A stretch of 64,000 nucleotides of DNA, from positions 293,033-357,032 of the forward strand of contig CAVVLG010000002.1 in assembly GCA_963749085.1 (NCBI GenBank). The letters run 5' to 3'. The notes under the pieces are model-generated. The model made no database searches and was not told the origin of the DNA. It worked only from the letters and a program-made list of their open reading frames with translations. The position numbers and the translations under genes are program-made. The number at the start of each line of letters is the position of its first letter. Position 1 is the stretch's first letter. Below are positions 1 through 9,500 of this stretch, in pieces. The stretch comes from Candidatus Adlerbacteria bacterium (GTDB lineage: Bacteria; Patescibacteriota; Minisyncoccia; Phycocordibacterales; SBAW01).

Positions 1-878
1 TCTGGCAGCTCAATGTCGACCTTTTCGGCAGCACCTCCTTTTTCGCCGACGCGGAGATGATTGGGATGGCTTACGGGCTTATGACTACGTTCGGCGCCAC
101 CGAGAGCGACTTCGTCATTAAAGTCGGGAGCCGCGCGTTTCTTGATGCTCTGGTGAAGGAACTTAAACTCTCCGAGAGCAACGCGAAGCACCTATTCTCG
201 CTGCTCGACCGCCGAGGCAAACTACCGCGCGAAGCATTCGAGGCACATCTCAGGGAACTCAATATCCCGAATGACAGCCTCTTCCCTTCAGAGCCCCCGG
301 CTGAGATAGCGAAGTTGATACGGAAATTCCGCGACGCGGCAGGCATCAAAAACATAGTCTACGACCCTTCCATAGTGCGGGGCTTCGCCTACTACAGCGG
401 CATGGTATTTGAAGTCTTTGATACGAATACCAAAAATAGCCGCGCGCTCATGGGCGGCGGCCGCTATGACAATCTGACCAAGCTCTTTGACGACGAGCCG
501 CTTCCGGGAGTCGGCTTTGCCGTGGGGGATGAGACGATGCGACTCTTTTTGGAGTCGCGCGGGCTTCTTCCCGCCTATCGGCCCCCTGCGCAGGTATATA
601 TCGCCATTACGTCGCCCGACGTGGCGTGGGAAGCACAGGAATTTGCTGCAAAGCTGCGCATACAAGGCGTAAACGTAGCCGTTGATTTTGGGGAGAAAAA
701 ACTGGGGGATCAGATAAAGGTGGCGAACAAGCACAAGATCCCGTTCGTTATCGTTCTGGGGCCTGAAGAGCTCGCCTTAGGAGAGGTACGCATCAAAGAA
801 CTCGCGACTGGGAAGGAGAGCAAACTCTCTAAAGAAGGGCTCGCAGAATTTTTTCTTAATCTTGAACGTACCCCATGA
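1..878 (+). CDS. hisS: Histidine--tRNA ligase, 5'-truncated by the window edge
   Basis: Frame is open from base 3 (WQLNVDLFG). Contains VRGFAYYSG, GGGRYDNL and a C-terminal anticodon-binding domain. Confidence 0.95.
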   Translation, partial: WQLNVDLFGSTSFFADAEMIGMAYGLMTTFGATESDFVIKVGSRAFLDALVKELKLSESNAKHLFSLLDRRGKLPREAFEAHLRELNIPNDSLFPSEPPAEIAKLIRKFRDAAGIKNIVYDPSIVRGFAYYSGMVFEVFDTNTKNSRALMGGGRYDNLTKLFDDEPLPGVGFAVGDETMRLFLESRGLLPAYRPPAQVYIAITSPDVAWEAQEFAAKLRIQGVNVAVDFGEKKLGDQIKVANKHKIPFVIVLGPEELALGEVRIKELATGKESKLSKEGLAEFFLNLERTP

Positions 879-1447
879 GAATCCTGACCTTCGACATCGA
901 AACCGAGGGCGAATTTCTTCCCAACGGTGATTTTTCAAATTTGGAAATAACCGTCGTGGGACTTCACGACAGCGAAACGAACACGTTCTCCTCCTACCTC
1001 AAGAAAGACTTCCCGAAGCTCTGGCCGCTTATCGAGCGCGCCGACCTTTTGGTAGGCTACAACAGCGAGCATTTCGACATTCCTATTCTCAACAAATACT
1101 ATTCGGGCGACCTCTCGAAAATACAGGGGGTCGATTTGCTGAAGGAGGTAAAGAATGTCATCGGCAGGAGGCTCAAACTCGACAATCTCGCCCAATCGAC
1201 CCTCGGCAAGAAAAAAAGCGCCGACGGACTTCAGGCGCAAAAGTGGTGGAAAGAGGGGCAGGTTGAGAAAGTGCGCGCTTACTGCCTCAATGATGTGAAA
1301 ATAACGAAGGAGCTGTATGAGTACGCCAAAGCGCATGGGATACTGAAATACATGGATTTCGACGGGCCGCGCGAGGTAAAGCTCAACACCAGCACCTGGG
1401 AGGAAGTGTCGCATGCCCCTGCACTCACCCACACCTTGCCGTTTTAA
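875..1447 (+). CDS. RNase H-like/DEDD 3'-5' exonuclease-fold protein
   Basis: FDIET, VGYNSEHFDIP and YCLNDV match the Exo I/II/III motifs. ATGA overlap with hisS. Confidence 0.8.
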   Translation: MRILTFDIETEGEFLPNGDFSNLEITVVGLHDSETNTFSSYLKKDFPKLWPLIERADLLVGYNSEHFDIPILNKYYSGDLSKIQGVDLLKEVKNVIGRRLKLDNLAQSTLGKKKSADGLQAQKWWKEGQVEKVRAYCLNDVKITKELYEYAKAHGILKYMDFDGPREVKLNTSTWEEVSHAPALTHTLPF

Positions 1448-1472
1448 ACACCCTTGTTAAAATGACTTCTAT

Positions 1473-2222
1473 ATGAAAACAGAATACATACTCCCCATTA
1501 CGATAGTAGTCGCCGGCCTTCTCATCGCCGGAGCGGTGTTTTTCCTCGGCAAAACGGGAACGTCAACCACTACCTCCAACGGACAGCCGCAGGCGATAAA
1601 CTTCGTTCCGTATAACCCCGCCACCGACCACGTCCTAGGCAACCCCAACGCCCCGGTCATTGTCATTGAGTACGCCGACCTTGAATGCCCGTACTGCAAA
1701 CAATTCCAGGTGACGATGAATCAGGTCATGGACTACTACGGTCAGTCCGGACAAGTGGCGTGGGTGTACCGCCCGTTCCCGCTCGCGCAGATTCACTCCA
1801 AAGCGCCTGAAGAAGCGGAGGCCGCGGAGTGCGCGGCCGATCAGGGAGGGAGCGCTGAGTACTTCAAATATATCGACCAAATCTACGCTATAACGCCCTC
1901 GGAGAATGGGCTTGATTTAAGCGAGCTGCCGGCCATAGCGCAAGAGCAAGGACTTGATATGACACAGTTCAACCAGTGCCTCTCAAGCGGAAAATATGCG
2001 CAAAAAGTACAGGACAGCTACAACGACGCAATAGCCGCGGGTGGTACCGGCACGCCGTTTATTCTCATTACCGTGCAGGGTTCCAAAGATGCCATTCCGC
2101 TTGAGGGAGCTCAGCCCTATGACTCCATGCGCGCGGCCATTGATGCAGTCTTGGCAACGCTCCCCGGAGGCTCCACGACGGGCAGTACCACTCTAACCAC
2201 TGCTCCGGCAACTACCCAGTAG
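1473..2222 (+). CDS. Membrane-anchored DsbA-like thiol-disulfide oxidoreductase
   Basis: N-terminal TM helix, EYADLECPYC active site, GTP cis-Pro loop, GAQPY. Confidence 0.9.
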   Translation: MKTEYILPITIVVAGLLIAGAVFFLGKTGTSTTTSNGQPQAINFVPYNPATDHVLGNPNAPVIVIEYADLECPYCKQFQVTMNQVMDYYGQSGQVAWVYRPFPLAQIHSKAPEEAEAAECAADQGGSAEYFKYIDQIYAITPSENGLDLSELPAIAQEQGLDMTQFNQCLSSGKYAQKVQDSYNDAIAAGGTGTPFILITVQGSKDAIPLEGAQPYDSMRAAIDAVLATLPGGSTTGSTTLTTAPATTQ

Positions 2223-2223
2223 C

Positions 2224-3051
2224 CTATTCCTTTATCAGGCCCAACCGGTAGATATCGAAAGAATTTTCGCCCTCAAATAAGTCCGAAGGGTTCGGAAGGT
2301 AGACGCGCGTTCTAGAGATCTCTTGCGTTGCATCCTTAATAAGCCGGTGAAAAAGCAAAAATTCTTCGCGGCAATCGGCGAAAGTGATGACGTAGCGCCG
2401 CATCTGGCTTCTGCCGTCTAGGTTCTTGGTCTTTTTAACTTCATGCACGATAAAACGGCCGACCTTTTTGCCGAACTTCTCCTTCACCGTGTAGTAATTA
2501 AACAGTGCTTGGATGACAAAGAGTGTCTTAAAAGCACCCTTGGAACTGAAGGAATCGACAAATTTATGGTCGACGATATCGAGCGCCTTGGGCTCTATTT
2601 TGGAGCGCACGACCAGATCGGAAACCGCTTTTAGGGGAAGGGGTAATCCGGGAACCTTAGCGGTCATCTTTACTTCCACACCCACCACGTCATAGCGGGG
2701 TGGGTGCGCGAGATAGAAAGACATCATTTGCAGATACTCTCGTTCCATTTTCGCTCGTCTCTTCTTCTTGGCCGCCCGCGACTCTGCTTTGCCGAAATTA
2801 ATTTCGAAATCCGGCACCGAGCGCAAAGACTGCAAACCCAGCGCGACTGCTCCTTCTTTGTCTATGCCACCGTAAAAATTCTGAAGCGCCACATGACCTG
2901 CGCGGCCAACAATGCCCGAGGGACTCGACGGGGTGTCGTATATTTCTTTCACGAAGCGCTTGTACCAAGCCAGGGGGTTGCGCAAGAAGGCCATGAGCGA
3001 GGAGTGACTCCAATGGGTAATGGGAAGCTTGTGTTTTGCTCCGCGTGCCAT
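2224..3051 (-). CDS. PD-(D/E)XK nuclease family protein (AddB/Cas4-like fold); start uncertain (3051-3111)
   Basis: WSHSSL..FLRNP, GRAGH, VE..DLVV..IVDHK and QALFNY motifs. Confidence 0.7.
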   Translation of the reverse strand: MARGAKHKLPITHWSHSSLMAFLRNPLAWYKRFVKEIYDTPSSPSGIVGRAGHVALQNFYGGIDKEGAVALGLQSLRSVPDFEINFGKAESRAAKKKRRAKMEREYLQMMSFYLAHPPRYDVVGVEVKMTAKVPGLPLPLKAVSDLVVRSKIEPKALDIVDHKFVDSFSSKGAFKTLFVIQALFNYYTVKEKFGKKVGRFIVHEVKKTKNLDGRSQMRRYVITFADCREEFLLFHRLIKDATQEISRTRVYLPNPSDLFEGENSFDIYRLGLIKE

Positions 3052-3135
3052 GACCCCAATACTAGCCGAAATTCTTGCATAATTCATGCCGATAGGATAG
3101 AAAGAGACCATACAGTCCTACGGGTGAGGTGTGCA

Positions 3136-3294
3136 ATGTGTGGAGTTATCTTCGCTCTTACTATCGTAGCGGTGGTCATATGGGTGCTATATCCTTCCTT
3201 CCGGCGTTGGAACGGGGTTGAAGAAACGCGAAAAAGTAATGCGCTCCGAAGACAATTCGGAGAAGAAAGAAGGACACGAAAAACCCCGCACTGA
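3136..3294 (+). CDS. Putative 52-aa single-TM microprotein
   Basis: GAGGT upstream of ATG 3136. MCGVIFALTIVAVVIWVLYP hydrophobic segment plus basic tail. Ends in the terminator hairpin. Confidence 0.4.
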   Translation: MCGVIFALTIVAVVIWVLYPSFRRWNGVEETRKSNALRRQFGEERRTRKTPH

Positions 3295-3308
3295 GTGCGG
3301 GGTTTTTG
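3279..3308. terminator. Bidirectional intrinsic terminator downstream of rpoD
   Basis: AAAAACCCCGCA-ctgag-TGCGGGGTTTTT. Confidence 0.85.
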
Positions 3309-3309
3309 C

Positions 3310-4548
3310 TTAATAACTTCTCAGCTGTTTTGCCTTTTCGTGGGTGCGGATGCGCTCGAGCGCTTTGGCCTCTATCTGGCGAATACGCTCGCGCGTGACG
3401 CCAAATTTCTTCCCTACCTCTTCGAGCGTGTGATAAATGCCGTCTTCGAGTCCATGGCGCAGCTTCAAAATCTCACGCTCCTTCGGCGAGAGCTCATCAA
3501 GTATCTCGCGCAGCTGATCCCCTAGAATCCTCCGGGATACTTCTTGATCCGGCGAAAGTATCTTGTCGTCTTTTATGAAATCGCCCAACACCGACTTGCC
3601 GTCGTCGTCATCGGATCCGACCGGACTCTCAAGTGACACCGTATCCTGATCAATCTTCTCTATCTGATAGACTTTTTCTACATCAATCCCCATCTCAAGC
3701 GCCACCTCCTCGGCCAAAGGGTCGCGGCCTAGATCCTGGGAGAGTCGACGGGACACTTGCTTGTATTTAGCTATCGTTTCGACCATGTGCACCGGAATGC
3801 GAATGGTGCGGCTCTGATCCGCGAGCGCCCTTGTTATTGCCTGACGTATCCACCAGGTGGCGTAGGTTGAAAATTTATAGCCCTTGGTGTAGTCGAACTT
3901 ATCCACCGCCTTGAAGAGGCCGAGATTCCCCTCCTGTATGAGATCAAGGAGGGTCAAGTCCGGAGATCGGCCCACGTATTTCTTCGCAATGGAGACCACA
4001 AGGCGCAAGTTCGCGCGAGCGAGGAGATTCCTGGCTTCCCCATCACCGTCGACGATACGCTTGGCGAGGTCGCGCTCGTCCTGGGCGTTGAGGAGCGGAT
4101 ATTTCCCTATCTCGCGCAAATACATCTGAATGGAGTCGTACTGGGAATCGGAGCGGGAATAGCCTTTCTCGACCAATTGCTCGTCGTTCATGTCGAGCAT
4201 GCCGCCGCCCTCAAGCACGTCGATGCCGGCCACCGAGAACTTCTCGTAAAGCTCCTCAAGAAACATGACGTCGCTCTCAATGGTCGGAAAACTTTTGAGA
4301 ATTTCATCGTACGTGACGAACCCGCGCTGGCGACCGCGGGCGAGCAACACCTCAGCCTTTCGGTTCTGTTCGAGGACCTTTTTTGAGACCTTTACTGGGA
4401 CGACCACCTTCACAGAGACTTTTTTTGAGCCTTTTTTAGGCGCTAACCGACCGCGACGCTTGGCGGCTGCAGTGCGAAATTTCTTAGCTTTAGACACTGC
4501 GCTCGCGCGCCTAAGGGCCCGCCTCGTCCTTTTTTTCTTTTTCACCAT
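3310..4548 (-). CDS. rpoD: RNA polymerase primary sigma factor
   Basis: [45 protein letters not shown]. Confidence 0.97.
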   Translation of the reverse strand: MVKKKKRTRRALRRASAVSKAKKFRTAAAKRRGRLAPKKGSKKVSVKVVVPVKVSKKVLEQNRKAEVLLARGRQRGFVTYDEILKSFPTIESDVMFLEELYEKFSVAGIDVLEGGGMLDMNDEQLVEKGYSRSDSQYDSIQMYLREIGKYPLLNAQDERDLAKRIVDGDGEARNLLARANLRLVVSIAKKYVGRSPDLTLLDLIQEGNLGLFKAVDKFDYTKGYKFSTYATWWIRQAITRALADQSRTIRIPVHMVETIAKYKQVSRRLSQDLGRDPLAEEVALEMGIDVEKVYQIEKIDQDTVSLESPVGSDDDDGKSVLGDFIKDDKILSPDQEVSRRILGDQLREILDELSPKEREILKLRHGLEDGIYHTLEEVGKKFGVTRERIRQIEAKALERIRTHEKAKQLRSY

Positions 4549-4572
4549 CCGAAATATTATAGCACAAAAGCG

Positions 4573-6237
4573 TTATTTGCGCAGCTCCTCTCCACGGCGG
4601 GCGAGTTCGTGAAGAAGTTTGGTGTCTGCGCCCGCGTGTGCGATCGCTTCGCGGTTGAGTATGCGCTCGATATCGTTGAGCATATCGTTTGCAAGTGCGG
4701 CCTCCGAGGTTTGCTCTCCCAATTCCGTATCGAACTTAAAGCGGAAGTATTCGCTTTGTGGCGTATACGTTTTTGTTATATCAGAGAGACGTTTCTCTCC
4801 GATAAGTTCCTGCAATCGCTTTCCCACGGTAGCATCCTTGCCGAAGTGAAAGAGTAACATCGCTGCTTTTTTATCAAGCGGCGCTACAGCTTCTTGTGTG
4901 GAAATGGGAGCCACTTCCTCCTCCAGGGGAGGAGCAGTGGGGTGCTTCAGAACCTCTATGCGTACTGCCGATTCTGGGACTGAGAGCCGCATCGCCACCA
5001 GGTGGATAAAATATTCCCGTTCAATAGCGCTCCCCACCGCAGAGATAAGCGGCAACACCTGGAACTCCACCGTTTTCTTATATGCGCGCTCATCGCGTGC
5101 GGAAGGCTGGAGCGCATCGAGGAAGAACTCTATTGCCGTTTTTGACGTGCGTATCGCGGCTTTCAGGAGCTCCGGATTTTGTCTTGCCATATCGGCCGGA
5201 TCCCGCCCGGGCGGAAAGGTGGGTACTTTGACGTCAAAGCCTCCTGAAAGCGCCATAGAGGCGTTTTTAAGCCCTGCACGGAGGCCTGCGGCATCTGAAT
5301 CAAGCGCCAAGACCAGGCGTTTTGAAAATCTCCCTAAAAGCGAGAGATGTTCGGGAGTGAGTGCCGTTCCTGATAGTGCCACGGCGAAGGGAAGCCCCGA
5401 TTGATGAGCCATGATGACATCGAACTGTCCTTCAACGAGTAAAATGCAGTCGGCTTTGCGGATACTATTTTTTGCTTTATCGAGGCCATAGAGCACCCGT
5501 GATTTTCTAAACAGCAGCGTCTCGGGCGAATTCACATATTTGGAGGGTTCACCTTCGATGCTGCCTGGCGCTTTCTCAAAAAACCGCCCAGAAAACGCTA
5601 TGACGTCTCCTCCAAGATCAAAGAGGGGGAACATGATGCGCCCGCGAAAACGGTCGTATATTTCAGCGGCTTTTTTCTCGGACTTGATGCCAAAACCTGC
5701 CTCTATGACTTCTTCCACTGTAAATCCTTTGAGTTTCAGATGTTCGATGAGTGAATTCCATGTGGCCGGAGCGAAGCCCAGGCGCCAGGTTTTCCGCGTC
5801 TCCTCGGTGACACCGCGCACTTTAATGTATGTCTGTACATCTTTTCTTTTTACCAATTCGCCTTCAAAAAACTGCACCGCCGCCTCGCATACTTCTCGCA
5901 GACGCTCCTCCTTTTCTTTGCGCTCGGGTGTGGAACTGAAGCCCGAGCGGGGCGTAAGCTTCACTCCTGCCTTGTCGGCCAATTGCTTCAGCGCGGTCGG
6001 GAAATCTGTGCCTTCCATTTTCTGTACAAAAGAAAATATATCGCCCTTTTCTCCGCAGCCAAAACAGATGTAGGTGCCGCGCTCGGGCGAAACCATGAAC
6101 GATGGCGTCCGCTCTTTGTGAAATGGGCACCGGGCAATGTAATTACGCCCGGTTTTTTTCAACTGTACATACTGTCCCACTATGTCGACGATGGAAAGTC
6201 GGTCTTTGATTTTCTGTACATCGGAATCTGTGGCCAT
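4573..6237 (-). CDS. dnaG: DNA primase (probable start MATDSD at 6237)
   Basis: CHC2 zinc finger CPFH..CFGC, KYVNSPET, and TOPRIM motifs VEGQFDV and DSDAAG. Confidence 0.96.
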   Translation of the reverse strand: MATDSDVQKIKDRLSIVDIVGQYVQLKKTGRNYIARCPFHKERTPSFMVSPERGTYICFGCGEKGDIFSFVQKMEGTDFPTALKQLADKAGVKLTPRSGFSSTPERKEKEERLREVCEAAVQFFEGELVKRKDVQTYIKVRGVTEETRKTWRLGFAPATWNSLIEHLKLKGFTVEEVIEAGFGIKSEKKAAEIYDRFRGRIMFPLFDLGGDVIAFSGRFFEKAPGSIEGEPSKYVNSPETLLFRKSRVLYGLDKAKNSIRKADCILLVEGQFDVIMAHQSGLPFAVALSGTALTPEHLSLLGRFSKRLVLALDSDAAGLRAGLKNASMALSGGFDVKVPTFPPGRDPADMARQNPELLKAAIRTSKTAIEFFLDALQPSARDERAYKKTVEFQVLPLISAVGSAIEREYFIHLVAMRLSVPESAVRIEVLKHPTAPPLEEEVAPISTQEAVAPLDKKAAMLLFHFGKDATVGKRLQELIGEKRLSDITKTYTPQSEYFRFKFDTELGEQTSEAALANDMLNDIERILNREAIAHAGADTKLLHELARRGEELRK

Positions 6238-6316
6238 AGGGGTATAGTATATCACTTGACAGGTAAGCGATTTTGGATGTACGGTTTTAGGCGAATATGA
6301 ACCTTGGAGGTGACTT

Positions 6317-6418
6317 ATGGGCGAAAGTCCGGAAGTTTCTTTTTTCAGGAGACACCGAGCTGCGTTTATCATGCTCGGATTCATCCTGGTGATCGCCTTC
6401 CTATCAATCTTCAATTAG
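6317..6418 (+). CDS. Putative 33-aa single-TM microprotein (not in the ORF track)
   Basis: TTGACA at 6256 and SD GGAGGTGA directly upstream. Translation MGESPEVSFFRRHRAAFIMLGFILVIAFLSIFN. Confidence 0.5.
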   Translation: MGESPEVSFFRRHRAAFIMLGFILVIAFLSIFN

Positions 6419-6470
6419 CCACAAAGCCGCGCGATTGATGGCTATCACGGCTCCGTGCGATGACTAGCCC

Positions 6471-6503
6471 AAAACGCCGCCCCGAAGGGGACGGCGTTTC
6501 TTT
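6471..6503. terminator. Intrinsic terminator downstream of rpoBC (likely bidirectional)
   Basis: AAAACGCCGCCCC-gaa-GGGGACGGCGTTTCTTT. Confidence 0.8.
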
Positions 6504-6517
6504 GCATATAGATACTT

Positions 6518-9500
6518 CTATTCCCTCGACAGCGCTACACGCTCGCGTCTTTCCGTAACTTCCCCGGCGGCCACGGGTGCATATTTCTCCACAATTTTTG
6601 ATTTCGGCGAACCTTTGAATCCGGTACCCGCCGGAATAAGGCGGCCGATAATCACGTTTTCTTTCAGCCCCTGCAGATGGTCAACCGCACCGTAAATGGC
6701 CGCGCGGATAAGCATGCGGGTGGTGTTCTGGAATGAGGCGGCCGAGAGGAAGGAGGCGCGAGAGAGCGAGACGTCCAAGATGCCCATAATAAGGGGCTCG
6801 CCGGTCGCTTTTTCACCGCCGCTGTCGGACACTTTCTCGTTGGTAAGCTCAAGCGCCGCCTCGCCCACGACATCTCCCTGGGAATAGTCGGTCGTGCCGG
6901 AGTTCTTTATCTTCATGCGAGAGAACATCTGCCTGACCATTACTTCGACGTGCTTGGTGGAGATATTGGCACCCTGGAGCTCATAAATTTTTACGACTTC
7001 GCTCAGAATATAGGCGACGGTTTTCTCCTTGCCGGCGTATTTGAAGAGATCGGAGAGATCCGCTGAGCCGTCGGTTAAGAGCTGGCCCTTCGCAACCTTA
7101 TCTCCCACCTTAATGAGCGGCACGCGTCGGAAATGCACCGCGTACTCTATAGTGTCTTTTTTGCTCTTGCCTTTGTGTTCGATATCGGGAGCGACGACGA
7201 TTATTTTCTCCTTCGCTTCCTCCTTCATCTCCACGACTTCGCCGGAAACTTCCGATACGAGCGCGGGATTGCGGGGAGCCCGGCGCTCAAATATTTCCTC
7301 GACGCGCGGAAGACCATGCGTCACGTCGCCACCCGCGGAAGCTGCACCGCCGGCGTGCTTGATGTTCATAGTAAGTTGGGTCCCGGGTTCTCCTATCGCT
7401 TGCGCAGCGACGGTGCCAACGGCTTCGCCGAGTCCTACCGGTTTCATGGTGCCCAAATCCGTACCATAGCACTTGGAGCAGATACCGCGGGAGGTTTTAC
7501 AGCCGACCGGCGAGCGAACGTAGACTGATGGGACGCCAAGCTCCTCGATGTGGTGCGCGTCGGCGTTAGTGATAAATTGTCCTTTTTTGTAGTGAATCTT
7601 GCCATCCACTTCTATATCAGAAGCCAAATAGCGCCCTTCAATATTTTTTGCAAGGAAGGTGCCGATACCCGAGGCGCTCTCGCGGTAGACCATGAGACCC
7701 TCTTTGGTGCCGCACTCCTCTTCGGAGACCACGATGTCTTGCGCGACGTCGAAGAGCCGGCGCGTCAAATACCCCGCCTTGGCAGTTGAAAGCGCGGTTG
7801 AGGCCAACCCCGAGCGAGAGCCATGCGTTGTGGTGAAGTAGTCAATGGGAGAGAGCCCCTCTTTCATCGATTTGGTGACGGGGAGCTCAATGGTCTCCCC
7901 CGTGGGCGAGGCGATGAGGCCTTTCATACCCACCATTTGCGTCATTTGGGCCAGAGAGCCGCGCGCACCCGAGCGCAGCATGTCGGAGACTGAGCCGTCC
8001 TTGGGGAGTGACGCAGGAATGAGCTTCTCGACGTCCGATTTTGCCGCGTGCCACACTTCCAAGTTCATGAGATAGCGTTCTTCCTCCGAGAGGAGCCCCT
8101 GCTCCCAATGCTTGGTAATGTCGTCGGATTTCTTCTGCGCCTCGGCAACGATGCCCTCTTTTTCCTTCGGGATGCGAATGTCGTCGAGCGACCACGTGAT
8201 GCCGGATTGCGTCACATAGCGGAAGCCGAAGTTCTTGATGCGGTCCATGATTTCCGGAATCTTCTCGATGTCATAGCGCAGAATCAGGTCATCGACGAGC
8301 TTCGCGAGGCTCTTTTTGTCTATCGGATAGTTAATGTAGGGGTAATCGCTCGGGAAGACGGTGTTGAAGAGGAGCCTTCCGACGGTAGTCTCGAAGAGCT
8401 GCCCGCCGAACTGCGCGTACTTCTCCTTTTCCGACGGCAGCACCTTTATTTTCGCCTGAAAGCCCACATGCCCGAAGTCGTAGGCCAAAATGGCGGAGTT
8501 CGGGTTCGGAAACGCAAGTCCTTCGCCCTTCATGCCGGCGACTTCCTTGGTCATCCAGTAGGAACCGAGCAAAATATCAAGCAGTTTGGTCGCAACCACG
8601 GGCTCGCCGTTGCCGGGTTTAAGGATATTTTTGCGCGCCGCCATGATCTCGCGCGCTTCGGCCTGCGACTCCGGGGAGAGCGGCACATGCACGGCCATCT
8701 GATCGCCGTCGAAGTCCGCGTTGAACGCCGGGCACACCAGCGGGTGAAGCTGAATAGCGTTGCCTTCAATGAGGACCGGCTGGAAGGCCTGAATGCCGAG
8801 GCGGTGGAGCGTGGGCGCGCGGTTAAGAAGCACGTATTTTTCCTTGATGACATCCTCGAGTATCGCCCAGACCTCCGGCACCCCCTCGTCTATGAGGCGT
8901 CCTGCTCCGCGGATGTTGTAGGCGAGTTCTTTCTCGAGGAGTTTGCCGATAACGAACGGGCGGAAGAGTTCAAGCGCCATGTGCTTCGGGAGTCCGCACT
9001 GATTAAGCGAGAGCTCAGGCCCAACAACGATGACCGAGCGGCCTGAATAGTCCACACGCTTGCCCAAGAGATTTTGGCGGAACAAACCGTGCTTGCCTTT
9101 GAGGTTGTCAGAGAGCGATTTCAGCGGCCGCGTGCGCGCCTGCGTCGTCGCGGAGTAGGCGGCGCCGCCGTGGCGGATAGAGTTGTCTATAAGGGCGTCC
9201 ACCGCTTCCTGGAGAATGCGCTTTTCGTTGCGCAAAATGACGTCCGGCGCATGAATATCGAGGAGTTTCTTCAATCGATTGTTGCGATTGATGACGCGGC
9301 GGTAGAGATCGTTGACGTCAGAGGTCGCATGGCGGCCGCCGTCAAGCGCCACCATAGGGCGCAAGCCCGGCGGAATGACCGGAATGCGCATGAGGAACAT
9401 CCATTCCGGGCGCACATTAGCGCGAACCATGCCGCGCAAGGTGCTGAGACGCCGTGCAAGTTTTTCGCGCTCGGCGGCGCCGCTTTTTTCAAGCGCGGTT

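Noticed and set aside
2704-3135. 196-aa + strand ORF 2704-3294
   Set aside because: Most of it is antisense to the nuclease gene. Only the portion from ATG 3136 is plausible.
6321-6340. AAAGTCCGGAAGTTT resembles half of the IS200 end hairpin
   Set aside because: Short match without the complementary arm; likely chance.
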